Below, piece by piece: positions 10,173 through 19,974 of a stretch of 64,000 nt of DNA. The stretch covers positions 5,127 through 69,126 of the forward strand of contig JAOACZ010000128.1 in assembly GCA_026417575.1 (NCBI GenBank). Reading direction: 5' to 3'. The notes below the pieces were generated by a model that was not told the origin of the DNA, ran no database searches, and worked only from the letters and a program-made list of their open reading frames with translations. The first letter of the stretch is position 1; the number at the start of each line of letters is the position of its first letter. Source of the stretch: a bacterium. GTDB taxonomy: Bacteria > Auribacterota > UBA3054 > JAPLST01. Position numbers and translations under genes: made by a program.

Positions 10173-11650
10173 GCAGCGCCACGGTCATTTTTCCGCACCA
10201 GTTGTTCGCAGACCATCCCGGGTTAGATCGTGGGCGGCGCATCGTTCTGGTTGAAGATCAGCTCTTCTTTCGTGATTGGCGGTACCCCGCGCGGTTTCAC
10301 AAGCACAAGTTGATCCTCCATCGCGCGAGTATGCGCGCCTACGCCACCCTGCTGCGCCAGCGTGGCTACGATGTCAGCTACCTTGAGTATGCGCCGGACC
10401 GCGAAATGTCCTATTTGTTTGCGCCTTTGCGCCGCGCAGGTGTGACTGAGATAGTCGTCGCGGAGGTGTGTGACTTCATGTTGGAAAAACGCGTGCGCCG
10501 CTACGCTAGGCAACACGGCATACGCATTACCGAGCTGTCGTCCCCTGGGTTTCTCACCCCACGTGATTGGCTGCTCAACCGACTACAAGGCAAGCAGCGC
10601 CTCAGCCTGACATCTTTCTACATTGCTCAGCGCAAACGTATGGGCATCTTGTTGGATAACGGCAAGCCACGCGGCGGCCGCTGGACGTATGACACCGCGA
10701 ATCGCCAACCGCTGCCCAAGAACCTTCCTGTTCCCCCACTTCCAACTATCTCGCCCTGCCCAGAGGTACGCGCGGCGATAGCCTACGTCACTCAGCACTG
10801 GCCTGACCACCCGGGTGAACCGTCGGCATTTTGGCTTCCGATCACACACGCAGCTGCAGCACAATGGCTCCAGCACTTTCTAGAACACCGTGTGATGCTG
10901 TTCGGCCCTTACCAAGACGCCATGCGTCGGGAGGAGCCTTTCCTCTTTCACTCAGTTCTCTCACCTCTGCTCAACATCGGCTTACTCACGCCCACCCAAG
11001 TGCTCGAGGCCGTGATAGCCGCCGCGCGTGAAAAGGATGTACCCCTTCCATCATTGGAGGGCTTCATCCGTCAGTTGATAGGTTGGCGTGAATTCGTCCG
11101 CGGCGTTTATCTTTTGCACGGCGTACGCCAGCGCACCAGTAATCACTGTGCTTCCACGCGGCCTATGCCAAGCGCGTTCTATCACGGAACTACGGGCCTC
11201 CTGCCCTTTGACACTGTCGTCGCGCGCGTGCAACGCCTGGCCTATTCTCATCACATTGAACGACTTATGATATTGGGGAACCTCATGCTGCTCTGTGGCA
11301 TTCATCCTGACGCAGTTTATACCTGGTTTATGGAGCTGTTCCTGGATGCCTACGATTGGGTCATGGTCCCAAACGTGTACGGCATGAGCCAGTATGCCGA
11401 TGGTGGCTTAATGACCACAAAACCCTACGTGTGCAGTTCACGCTATATCCGCAGGATGAGTGATTATCCTCGCGGTGCCTGGTGTGAAGTGTGGGATGCG
11501 CTCTACTGGCAGTTTATTGATCGGCAGCGCGCCACCCTGGAGGGCAGCCCGCGCACCGCAGTGATGCCGCGCATGTACGATCGGTTTACACCTTCGCGCC
11601 GAGCCGAGCTTGCACGCAAAGCAGAACAATTTCTCGCGCAGCTTACGTAA
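10169..11650 (+). CDS. Cryptochrome/photolyase-related protein (COG3046 'deoxyribodipyrimidine photolyase-related', CryPro-like)
   Basis: 493 aa. The C-terminal FAD-binding photolyase-like region reads LFGPYQDAMRREEPFLFHSVLSPLLNIGLLTP. Its ATG overlaps the upstream stop in an ATGA junction. Confidence 0.6.
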   Translation: MSSATVIFPHQLFADHPGLDRGRRIVLVEDQLFFRDWRYPARFHKHKLILHRASMRAYATLLRQRGYDVSYLEYAPDREMSYLFAPLRRAGVTEIVVAEVCDFMLEKRVRRYARQHGIRITELSSPGFLTPRDWLLNRLQGKQRLSLTSFYIAQRKRMGILLDNGKPRGGRWTYDTANRQPLPKNLPVPPLPTISPCPEVRAAIAYVTQHWPDHPGEPSAFWLPITHAAAAQWLQHFLEHRVMLFGPYQDAMRREEPFLFHSVLSPLLNIGLLTPTQVLEAVIAAAREKDVPLPSLEGFIRQLIGWREFVRGVYLLHGVRQRTSNHCASTRPMPSAFYHGTTGLLPFDTVVARVQRLAYSHHIERLMILGNLMLLCGIHPDAVYTWFMELFLDAYDWVMVPNVYGMSQYADGGLMTTKPYVCSSRYIRRMSDYPRGAWCEVWDALYWQFIDRQRATLEGSPRTAVMPRMYDRFTPSRRAELARKAEQFLAQLT

Positions 11651-12107
11651 CTTTTCCAACACTTCAGTCGGTTTTCGGCCAGAAGCACGCACCGCATGAC
11701 CTCTGCGCGGTTCGCTACGGCACAAAGTGTGGTGTCCCGCACTTTGACAGAGCTGACGCCGTGCTGCTAGGAATAAGAGTGTGTGTCGCACATCACATTA
11801 GGATAAGAATGTTCCTCCGACACTCAGAGGTTTTGGCACCGCTGATCCGTGTTGATCACGAGCGTGGGGTACACATGCTGCGTATTTACCCTGACAGTCC
11901 CCGGTGCCTCTTTTCGGCAGGCACACATACCCTCACTTATTCTCGGACCGCGCATCAGACGCAGAACTGGAGTGTGTCTGTTTTGGCCCGCAGCAGACGC
12001 AGGGGGTTCCAGATACCGCTACCGGGTAGTGTAGGAACGCAGTCCGAGGGCTGTGAAGCCCTGGAGGCTGCAACCTGTTGATGATGCTCTAACGCCAAAG
12101 CACTGAT

Positions 12108-13021
12108 TCACGCGCGGGTCTGCGCGCGCATAGGCGCGACAGCAAAGCCATTCGGAAACTCCTCTGAGAGTTGGTATTCGGCGACCCGTTCACAGAATTT
12201 CAAGTACTCAATACCGTCCTTCGCTGCCGTGTCGGCATCGGGGATCATGGGCGCGCTTTCAATCGTGCAGTAGCCTGTGTAGTTGATTTTTTTTAAGGCG
12301 CGCATGACGGCCTTGAAATCCACTGTGCCATACCCCGGGGTCAGTGAGTTCGAGTCGCGGAAGTGTACATGCCAGAGCAGATCGCCCGCGTCCATCACAG
12401 CTTCGTAAGGATTGAGCTCTTCAAAGTTAGCGTGAAACCAGTCAAGTTGGATGCCGATATTGTCACATCCGGTGGCACGGATCATGCGGCGGTGGTTCAT
12501 GGCGGTGTTGACATATTTGCCCATCTCCAAATGGTTGGTGGCCTCAAAGACGAGGCGCACGCCGCAGGTGCGCGCGTACTCGGCCATGCGGCGCAAGGCA
12601 TCCACCGCGATGGCGGTACACGCGGCCACATTGTCCGCAGTGATGTCGGCATGAATGGCCGCGGCGACCGTGACCAGGGGCGCACCCACTTCGGCGGCAA
12701 AATCAATCGAGGTTTTTGTTTCCGCCACCGCCAACTCGGCCGTTCGTGGTTCCGTGAGCGTTTTGAAGGTTGGCGAATAGGGATCCCACATCGCGCCCCA
12801 GCATTCATTAATGCAAGAGATCTCCATGCCGAATTCCTGTTTGAGCGCGCGGTGGGTGCGGGCATAGGCCGCCATGCTGACGCCCATCCCATAGCGTCCT
12901 TTCGGCGGCGTGAGTTCGATGGCATCATAGCCGAATTTCTTCAGGCGCTGATACGTCCGTTCCGGATGCAGGTAGGTTTCTTCCTGCCCGAAAGTCAACT
13001 GAAAATAGGAGTATTTGAAGG
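12108..13021 (-). CDS. Sugar phosphate isomerase/epimerase (xylose-isomerase-like TIM barrel)
   Basis: Start set at MPPFKYSYFQ (ATG 13021) with an AAGGAG RBS. The 304-aa product has the AP-endo2/xylose-isomerase-like fold (HVHFRDSN, IESAP). The ORF track's N-terminal extension lacks an RBS. Confidence 0.6.
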
Positions 13022-13050
13022 GCGGCATAGGTGGCTCCTTATGCGGGCGC

Positions 13051-14463
13051 TTAGTTGTGACGAAACACTTCCCATCCCAGATACTTCTCGGCCGCTTCCG
13101 CCAGGGCTTTTGCCACATGGCCACGCACCATGGCGACGTGATGCTCGAAGCCGTTTTGGCACAGCATGTCCAGCAGCTCCTGCAGGCGTTCCACATAGCA
13201 GACTGCCACGCCACCCACCGTGTCGGTGGGATCATTGGTGAATTCGCCTTCGCCGACGTACATTTTGATCACGCCGCGCGTGTCGTCGGTGGAGATTTTC
13301 AGGAAGGTCATTGGGCCGGGCGCTACATTGCCTTTGACGGCGCCAAAGCAGCGGTCCGCACCTAGGGCTGCGCCGAGAATGTCGAGCGTGCCGATCTCGC
13401 GGATGTGGCCGATGAAACTGCGCGGATAGTTTGAACAGTGGATGTTAATACACTTGTTTTCCTCATCATCGTAGTTGTTATTCCAGTCGAGGTAGCCCGG
13501 GGCATTACCTGTGGCCAGGCGCAGCATGTACATAGAGAGCGCGCCCATAACGTCCGTTTCGCAAGCACACGGCGTACCTTTTTCACCGAGCATGCTCATC
13601 GTGAGACAGGCCGCACAGCCGTAATTGTTCTGAATTGAAGCCCAGCATTGCATTGCGGCGGCGTCGCACTCATTGGCGGTGATCCATTGCTCGACAGCAA
13701 GGGAGAGTTTAGCCTGGCGCAGCAGGTGCTCGCTGGGCGTGCCCGGCGCGACCGGCCCGTAGGCCTGAATTTCGGCCACCCGCTGGCGCACAGCGTCGGT
13801 TTCGCCCATTGCCTGCGCCGCCGCAATAATCTCTGACAAATCCACAGCGCACACGTGCACGCCTGAAGCTTCGAGCAGCTTCTCGGAGAAACGCACGGTA
13901 TTAAATGGATCGGGCCGCTGGCCGATCATGCCAATGCGCGCCGTAGAAATACCCTTGACGATGCGGCAGACAGTGGCGAAGTAGTGCAAATCCGCGGTGA
14001 ACTCTTCGCTAGCAATATCGCACGTGTGGCGCGAGGTGTTGGTGATAGCGAAACCGCGCTGGTATAGATTGTTGCACACGGACAGTTTGCCGCAGAAGGC
14101 GTCGCGCCGGCGCGCCATGTCCATCTGAGCGACGCGGTCGGGGCTGGCCTGCACCATGATCGGCACATCCAAGCCGGCACGGGTGATCGTCTCAACCACG
14201 CCCAGTTCATCGCCGAAATTCGGCAAGAGGACAAGAATTCCGTCAATCTCCTCCGCGTGCTCGCGGAACAGCTTAGCGCAGATCTTGGCATCCGCTACTG
14301 TCTCGATGGCTCCGTGCGGTGTTGCATCTTCGGGTGGCAAAATAGCGCCGTAGCCAAGTTGGGCAAGTTTAGCTAGAATGTCCTTGCGCCCTTGCACGGC
14401 CAACGAGGCCGGGAAAAAGCCACGCGTGCCGACAATAACGCCAAATGTTACCCGTGTTTTCAT
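13051..14463 (-). CDS. L-fucose/L-arabinose isomerase family protein (FucI-like)
   Basis: 470 aa. Start set at MKTRVTFGVIVG (ATG 14463) after an AAGGAG RBS. Confidence 0.55.
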   Translation of the reverse strand: MKTRVTFGVIVGTRGFFPASLAVQGRKDILAKLAQLGYGAILPPEDATPHGAIETVADAKICAKLFREHAEEIDGILVLLPNFGDELGVVETITRAGLDVPIMVQASPDRVAQMDMARRRDAFCGKLSVCNNLYQRGFAITNTSRHTCDIASEEFTADLHYFATVCRIVKGISTARIGMIGQRPDPFNTVRFSEKLLEASGVHVCAVDLSEIIAAAQAMGETDAVRQRVAEIQAYGPVAPGTPSEHLLRQAKLSLAVEQWITANECDAAAMQCWASIQNNYGCAACLTMSMLGEKGTPCACETDVMGALSMYMLRLATGNAPGYLDWNNNYDDEENKCINIHCSNYPRSFIGHIREIGTLDILGAALGADRCFGAVKGNVAPGPMTFLKISTDDTRGVIKMYVGEGEFTNDPTDTVGGVAVCYVERLQELLDMLCQNGFEHHVAMVRGHVAKALAEAAEKYLGWEVFRHN

Positions 14464-14588
14464 GGGAGACTCCTTGAGGGGTGAAAAGGATGGTGGTGGC
14501 CGCTGCACAAAAAAACGTAGGCAAGAAAAGGCGGTGCGCACGCTCGGTGCGGCGCACGGAGAGACGGCGAGAGAGCACTAGCAGCGCG

Positions 14589-14909
14589 TTATTTTGTCGT
14601 ATCCTCATAATCAAACACGAGCACGGATGCGAGCCCATCTTCTAGCGCTGGGATGACAACATCAGTGGCGAACGCGACGTGCGCCGGGTGCGCCAGGTAG
14701 CGTTCGCGCGCCTCAATGCTGTCAAATTCCACGCGGATACCTTCGCGAAAACCCTTGTCCAAGTTTTCCGTGCTGTTGTTGTACACCCAGCGGAAGCTGC
14801 GGATTTCGGGAATAACGGCTTGCAGTGCGGCAAACTCTTCGCGCAGGCGCTGGAGCGTGGCGGAGTCCAGCTCCCTCTTCCACTTGAAAAACGCGTAGTG
14901 GACAATCAT
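14589..14909 (-). CDS. Dabb-type stress-responsive A/B-barrel protein
   Basis: 106-aa ORF; 4-bp overlap with the upstream VOC gene. Confidence 0.5.
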   Translation of the reverse strand: MIVHYAFFKWKRELDSATLQRLREEFAALQAVIPEIRSFRWVYNNSTENLDKGFREGIRVEFDSIEARERYLAHPAHVAFATDVVIPALEDGLASVLVFDYEDTTK

Positions 14910-15430
14910 GATTCCTCCTTGAATGCCGCCTGTTCTGGCGGCGGGAAGATGCGTTCTGGCGGATTGCGGCGTTTCGGGCGCTCAATCAGTTCGAGTGTGG
15001 TGCCGATCAAGTTTTCCGTGTCCAAATAGGCATAGTGGCCGTCATCGTCGGGGCCGAAACCGGCGCCATCTTGCGTCATCACAAGCCCACACGCGCGCGC
15101 TTGTTCGAGCGCGCGCTGCATATCGTTGGTCAGCACGCCGATGTGATGCACGCCGTAGCCGTGTTTTTTAACGAACTCGGCGTACACGGTGTCGCCTTCC
15201 AACGGTTGAATCAACTCAATGCGCATCGCGCCCACGTTGGCCAGCGCCACGCGCATGCGATACTCGGTCGGCTTGCCGTTGCGGGTCATGCGCTTTACCA
15301 GCGGTTTACCGTAGGTGTAAATGTGCCATGGCCCGACGCCGAACCGTTCCCAGTAATTCCGCACGGCCGCATCTAAGTCCGGGACGATGATTGCAATTTG
15401 CGCAATGTTATCCAATGGAAATGTCCTCAT
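14906..15430 (-). CDS. VOC/glyoxalase-family protein
   Basis: 174 aa with paired beta-alpha-beta-beta-beta modules (HIGV...; HHIGVLTNDMQRA). Confidence 0.5.
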   Translation of the reverse strand: MRTFPLDNIAQIAIIVPDLDAAVRNYWERFGVGPWHIYTYGKPLVKRMTRNGKPTEYRMRVALANVGAMRIELIQPLEGDTVYAEFVKKHGYGVHHIGVLTNDMQRALEQARACGLVMTQDGAGFGPDDDGHYAYLDTENLIGTTLELIERPKRRNPPERIFPPPEQAAFKEES

Positions 15431-15440
15431 TCCTGACTCC

Positions 15441-16505
15441 TCACGCGCGGCAAGAGCGCTCTACGTGATTGGTGAACACCACTTTCAGCGCGCGGCCTTC
15501 CGTGGCTTCCTTGACGCCGTCGGCAAAGGCGCTGAGTGGAAAACGGTGGGTGACGAGTTTGTCGCCGGGGATGCGGCCGCTGGCCAGCAACTGCAAGGCG
15601 CGCCCGTGATGGCGCGGAGCAAAGATCGTCGTGCCCATCACGTGCAGGGCGTTATAGTGGATCAGGTTGGTATTGAGGCCGGGGCGGCAGCGGTCGGCCG
15701 GCAAGCCGCCGAAGAGCAGTACCCGGCCGCCTTTGCGGGCGATTTCCAGCGCCTGCACTTGCGATTCAGGCGCGGGGTTGGCTGTGATCACGACGTCGGC
15801 GCCACGCCCGCCCGTGATCCGGCGCACCTCTTCAACAAGATCTACCTGCGCTATGTTTATCATGTGGTCAGGATGGAACTGTGTGCACAATTGCAGCCGC
15901 TCCGCAGACACGTCGGCGATAATCACAGTAGTTGCGCCGCGTGCGCGCGCCAACAACAGGTGAAGGCAGCCGACGGGCCCGGCGCCCAGCACCGCCACCG
16001 TGTCGCCCAACCCGACGCTGCCCGTCTCCTGCGCGTGAATGCACGACGATAGCGGCTCGGCCACAGTCGCCACCACCGGGTCGAGCCCGGCAGGAATGCG
16101 CCGAATCGTCCCGCGGTGCACGGCCTCGGCCGGTATGGCCACATATTCCGCAAAACCGCCTGGCCACACTTGCGCAATCTCACGGTAGCCGCTGCACAGC
16201 TCGAACCGTCCTTCCACGCAAAACTCACACACGCCACAATACACAAGCGGCGCAACGGAGAGCAGCTCGCCGCGCTGCCACGGCCCGCTGTACTGCGCGC
16301 CTGTTTCCACTACCACACCGCTAATCTCCTGCCCCACGACAAACGGCAGGGTAACTCGGTGATGGCCGTGACGCAACGTGCGCAAATCGCCGCCACACAG
16401 CCCGCACGCCAGGACCTGCAGCAACAGACCGCCAGCCGGGCAGGCGGGCGTTTCCAGTTCCACCAGCCCGTACTCACCAGGCGCGCGAATCAGAATTGCT
16501 TTCAT
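15441..16505 (-). CDS. Zn-dependent alcohol/polyol dehydrogenase (sorbitol/L-iditol dehydrogenase-like MDR)
   Basis: Motifs [19 protein letters not shown] and GAGPVG. Start chosen at MKAILIR (ATG 16505), which forms an ATGA overlap with the upstream stop. Confidence 0.7.
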   Translation of the reverse strand: MKAILIRAPGEYGLVELETPACPAGGLLLQVLACGLCGGDLRTLRHGHHRVTLPFVVGQEISGVVVETGAQYSGPWQRGELLSVAPLVYCGVCEFCVEGRFELCSGYREIAQVWPGGFAEYVAIPAEAVHRGTIRRIPAGLDPVVATVAEPLSSCIHAQETGSVGLGDTVAVLGAGPVGCLHLLLARARGATTVIIADVSAERLQLCTQFHPDHMINIAQVDLVEEVRRITGGRGADVVITANPAPESQVQALEIARKGGRVLLFGGLPADRCRPGLNTNLIHYNALHVMGTTIFAPRHHGRALQLLASGRIPGDKLVTHRFPLSAFADGVKEATEGRALKVVFTNHVERSCRA

Positions 16506-17794
16506 GCGGGGTGCAACCATTTGTCCTGCTGACGGCGTAATTCAGCGATGAATGTATCTGTGCGTGCCATAAAATTCGCGGTGGTCATCGGCTGGCCTGC
16601 TGGAATATCAGCCGTGGCCCTGCCGCCCGGGGCAAGTCCGATGGGAATCATGCCGCCTAAACGTGCCTCAGCATACGTGTAAATGCGCCCGTAAATGTCG
16701 GCGCTGCCAATACCGCCCACTTGCTCACCTGCGCGAATCGGCCGCTTCGCCACGCACACCACTTCCGCGTGCATTGTCTGCGCCGCCACGGTCACTTCCT
16801 TCAACAGCACCGCCTCGGCGATGGATTGCGGCGTTTCAATGTCGCACAAGTGATACGGGCGGAAGAGCAGATAGTACGGCCCGCGCGCCTTCGTAATGAA
16901 CTCCATGTCCTTGCGCATGCGCGGGCTGTCGGTGTAGACGATGGCAAATACCCCGGGCGCGATGGCGCCAGTCGTGAAGTCCACGCAGCCGCGCCGCGAG
17001 AAGATGCCGCCGTCAGCTTTGGGGATGAATGTGGTCACCAGTTCATCTAATTCAGCCTTCGGGCCGTGCATGCCCGGCACGTCAGGCAACAGCCCGGTGG
17101 CGTTGGCAACTGCGGCCATCTCCACCATCGTCTTGGTGCCGTCTTTGAATGCTGCCAGCATTTTGGGATTCATGTCTTTGGCTGCGGCTTCTGCGGCACA
17201 ACGCTCAGGCGTAGCAGCGAAATCGATCGGATTGTTCTTGCCCTTGCCCAGACAAATCACTTCAAACCCCATCAGCACGGCTTGTTCGTACAGCATGGTA
17301 CACACACCCGGCTCGTCGCCCGAGGCGCCTGTGTACACCGCGCCGCGCGTGCGCGCCAAGTGGCTCAGGTACGCACCCACGGTGACATCCGTCTCAGCAT
17401 TGAGCATGATGATGGGTTTACCGTAATGAATAGATTCGTAGGCCACGCGCGCGCCGATGTCCGGCACGCCTGTGGCTTCCACATTGGCTTCAAGAGCTTC
17501 TAGGCGCGTCAGCAACAACGCGTCGGCCGTCACCAGCCGTTTACCCTGTCGCAGCGCGTCCTGCGCTTCGTTTTCGTTGTCAGTGACAACGATTTCGTCG
17601 CGCGGACACCCCAGCTCGCACAGCGTGTCTATGCCGCGCTGCGGCGCAATGTCGGCAATCGCGGCCACACGCATGCCTTCAACGCGCGCGACTACGTGCG
17701 CCAGCCCCGAACCCATCTGCCCGCAGCCTACAATGCCTACCCGTATCGGATCGTTCTGCCCAGCGCGTGCCCGCAACTTCCGTATCAACTCCAT
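16502..17794 (-). CDS. NAD(P)-binding oxidoreductase of the COG4091 'predicted homoserine dehydrogenase' family with a C-terminal SAF domain
   Basis: Start MELIRK (ATG 17794) after a GAGGAG RBS; Rossmann motif [10 protein letters not shown]. Confidence 0.5.
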   Translation of the reverse strand: MELIRKLRARAGQNDPIRVGIVGCGQMGSGLAHVVARVEGMRVAAIADIAPQRGIDTLCELGCPRDEIVVTDNENEAQDALRQGKRLVTADALLLTRLEALEANVEATGVPDIGARVAYESIHYGKPIIMLNAETDVTVGAYLSHLARTRGAVYTGASGDEPGVCTMLYEQAVLMGFEVICLGKGKNNPIDFAATPERCAAEAAAKDMNPKMLAAFKDGTKTMVEMAAVANATGLLPDVPGMHGPKAELDELVTTFIPKADGGIFSRRGCVDFTTGAIAPGVFAIVYTDSPRMRKDMEFITKARGPYYLLFRPYHLCDIETPQSIAEAVLLKEVTVAAQTMHAEVVCVAKRPIRAGEQVGGIGSADIYGRIYTYAEARLGGMIPIGLAPGGRATADIPAGQPMTTANFMARTDTFIAELRRQQDKWLHPA

Positions 17795-17804
17795 GCTACG
17801 CTCC

Positions 17805-19361
17805 TCATATTGAACGTGCCCGCAACCGGGCCAGTTCACGGTAATCCTCTTTGACGTGCTCGTACAACCGCTTGTACAACGCAAAATATTCTTGATACCG
17901 GGCATGCGCCGCCGCATCCGGCTCAAGTGGTTCGACTAGCTCCACCCATTCTTTCGTCACTGAGAAATCCTTAAACACGCCCGTAGCAACACCGGCCAGG
18001 ATGGCATCGCCGTAGGGCGCGCCAACGCGGCTCTTTACCAGCACCGTGGGCACGTTAAACACATCAGTGATGATGCGGCGCCACAGCGCGCTCTTCGCCC
18101 CACCTTCATTCAACACAATCGGTCCACGAATTTGTTGCCCCGCCGCCGTGATGATGCGAAACGAATCGTACAGCGCGTACGCCACGGCCTCCATGGCAGC
18201 GCGCGCCACGTGCCCGCGGGTGTGGTTGAGCGACAGGCCGAAGATCACGGCGCGCGCGTGCACGTCCCAGATGGGTGTGCGCTCGCCCATCAAGAATGGT
18301 AGCATCACCAGCCCGCCGGCGCCGGCCGGCACGGCCGCCGCTTCACGGTTGATCAGCTCATACGTGTCCGTGCCGGTGGTGCGCTCTGCCGCCTTTTCGG
18401 CTAGGTAGAAATTGTCACGCAGGTAGCGCAGAAGCTGCCCGCCAGTCGTAGTCGTCGGTATGGTAACGAACACGGGCTGCTCCACCGTATCGGTCGTGTA
18501 ATTGCACGCAATCATACTGTCATGGAACGTCGGCGCGGTGTGAATAATGCCGAAATTGCCGCACGTGCCAAGATTCATTTGAATGTCACCATCCGCAATG
18601 GCGCCGGCGCCGCTCCAGCCAGCGTTGCAGTCCACCTGGCCGGCGGCCACTGGCGTTCCCGGCGCCAAACCAGTAGCTTCCGCGGCTGCGGCCGTTACTT
18701 CGCCCACCACGGCCGTACACGGATACAGGTCCGGAAACAATTCACGCGGGATGCCCACAGCGTCCAGCATAGGTTGGTTGAAGGTACGACCCAACAAATC
18801 ATACGCCACGCCGTAGAATGCCGCGCCGGAGTAATGCCCCGTGGCCACACCGGTTAGTTTCAGCGTAATGAAGCCGTCAATCGTCAACGCCTTCCACACA
18901 CGGCGAAACTGATCCGGGCGATTATCTCGCTCCCACATCAAGTTGATGATCGAGGGGTGGTCGTCGAGGCGGTTTTTGGTGACCGCGAATACGCGCGCTT
19001 CGCCCAGCAGATCTTTTACAGCCTGCACCTGGCGTGTGGCGCGGCGGTCCATCAGATTGTAGGCATTGCCAATCGGATTGTGCGCGCGGTCCACCATCAC
19101 CAGCGATGGCAGCGCGGACGACACAGCAACGCCACCAATTTCCCGGGCGGGGACACGCGCCTCGGCCAGCACCTGGCGGATCATGCGGCAGGCGGCGTCC
19201 CAGTAGCGTGCTGGCTCATGCTCCGACCAGCCTGGATGTGGTGTGAGAATAGGAAACTCTTCAAACGCGTAGGCACGCGTGCGGCCTTCACAGTCAATCA
19301 GCGCCGCTTTCGCGCCGCCGGTGCCATAGTCCAAGCCGAGTAGGTAGGGTCGCATTGTCAT
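17805..19361 (-). CDS. FGGY-family carbohydrate kinase (xylulokinase-like)
   Basis: 518 aa. N-terminal [15 protein letters not shown] phosphate-1 motif and FGGY C-terminal domain. Confidence 0.75.
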   Translation of the reverse strand: MTMRPYLLGLDYGTGGAKAALIDCEGRTRAYAFEEFPILTPHPGWSEHEPARYWDAACRMIRQVLAEARVPAREIGGVAVSSALPSLVMVDRAHNPIGNAYNLMDRRATRQVQAVKDLLGEARVFAVTKNRLDDHPSIINLMWERDNRPDQFRRVWKALTIDGFITLKLTGVATGHYSGAAFYGVAYDLLGRTFNQPMLDAVGIPRELFPDLYPCTAVVGEVTAAAAEATGLAPGTPVAAGQVDCNAGWSGAGAIADGDIQMNLGTCGNFGIIHTAPTFHDSMIACNYTTDTVEQPVFVTIPTTTTGGQLLRYLRDNFYLAEKAAERTTGTDTYELINREAAAVPAGAGGLVMLPFLMGERTPIWDVHARAVIFGLSLNHTRGHVARAAMEAVAYALYDSFRIITAAGQQIRGPIVLNEGGAKSALWRRIITDVFNVPTVLVKSRVGAPYGDAILAGVATGVFKDFSVTKEWVELVEPLEPDAAAHARYQEYFALYKRLYEHVKEDYRELARLRARSI

Positions 19362-19416
19362 TGTGTGTCACCGTGGTATTTCCAGGTTCACGGGAGCCTC
19401 TCCCTGGAAGTAGCCC

Positions 19417-19445
19417 ATTTTACAAAATACATCGTAGAATTTCAA
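19417..19445 (-). promoter_or_regulatory. Sigma70-type promoter for the sugar-catabolism operon
   Basis: Minus strand reads TTGAAA (19445-19440), a 17-nt spacer, then TAAAAT (19422-19417), about 50 nt upstream of the kinase start. Confidence 0.5.
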
Positions 19446-19974
19446 GTAGATCTTGCATCCAAAAAAAACGCGCAACGTCCCTACGGCGTGTCACCCATTA
19501 TCGACAGCAGCGCATAGGTCGAATGAGAAAAAGCACAGCGATGGGTATAACCTGACTGGCCGAAACGATCCGTAACGCAGCTGTATGTGTCGTTACGCGG
19601 GACTGATAATGGAGTAAGGATAAGGACAGTAAAAATCCTGCTAACACGTCCCTCCTGTCAGGGGCCTGGTACCATAGGCACGCAAAAGACCGTGCGACTG
19701 CATCGGGGTGCGCAACGTAAAAAGTTTAGCATGTGCTGCTCATTGTGTTCAGCAAGGGCGTAAAGAAACTGCTGCTACCGACCTCACAGGCAGCGCTCTA
19801 CAGCTATCAGGGGCTTTTACCGCTCCTACGGTACGTCATCGCCACACCAATTAGGCGCGGCAAAACAGTCCCGGTGGTCACGCCCCGGATTACCGCACTC
19901 GGCGCAGTTGATGCAGAGCGCTGAGTGTTTTTTCGCACAGTGTTTGCAATGGCCGCAACGTTCTGGATGAGCGG

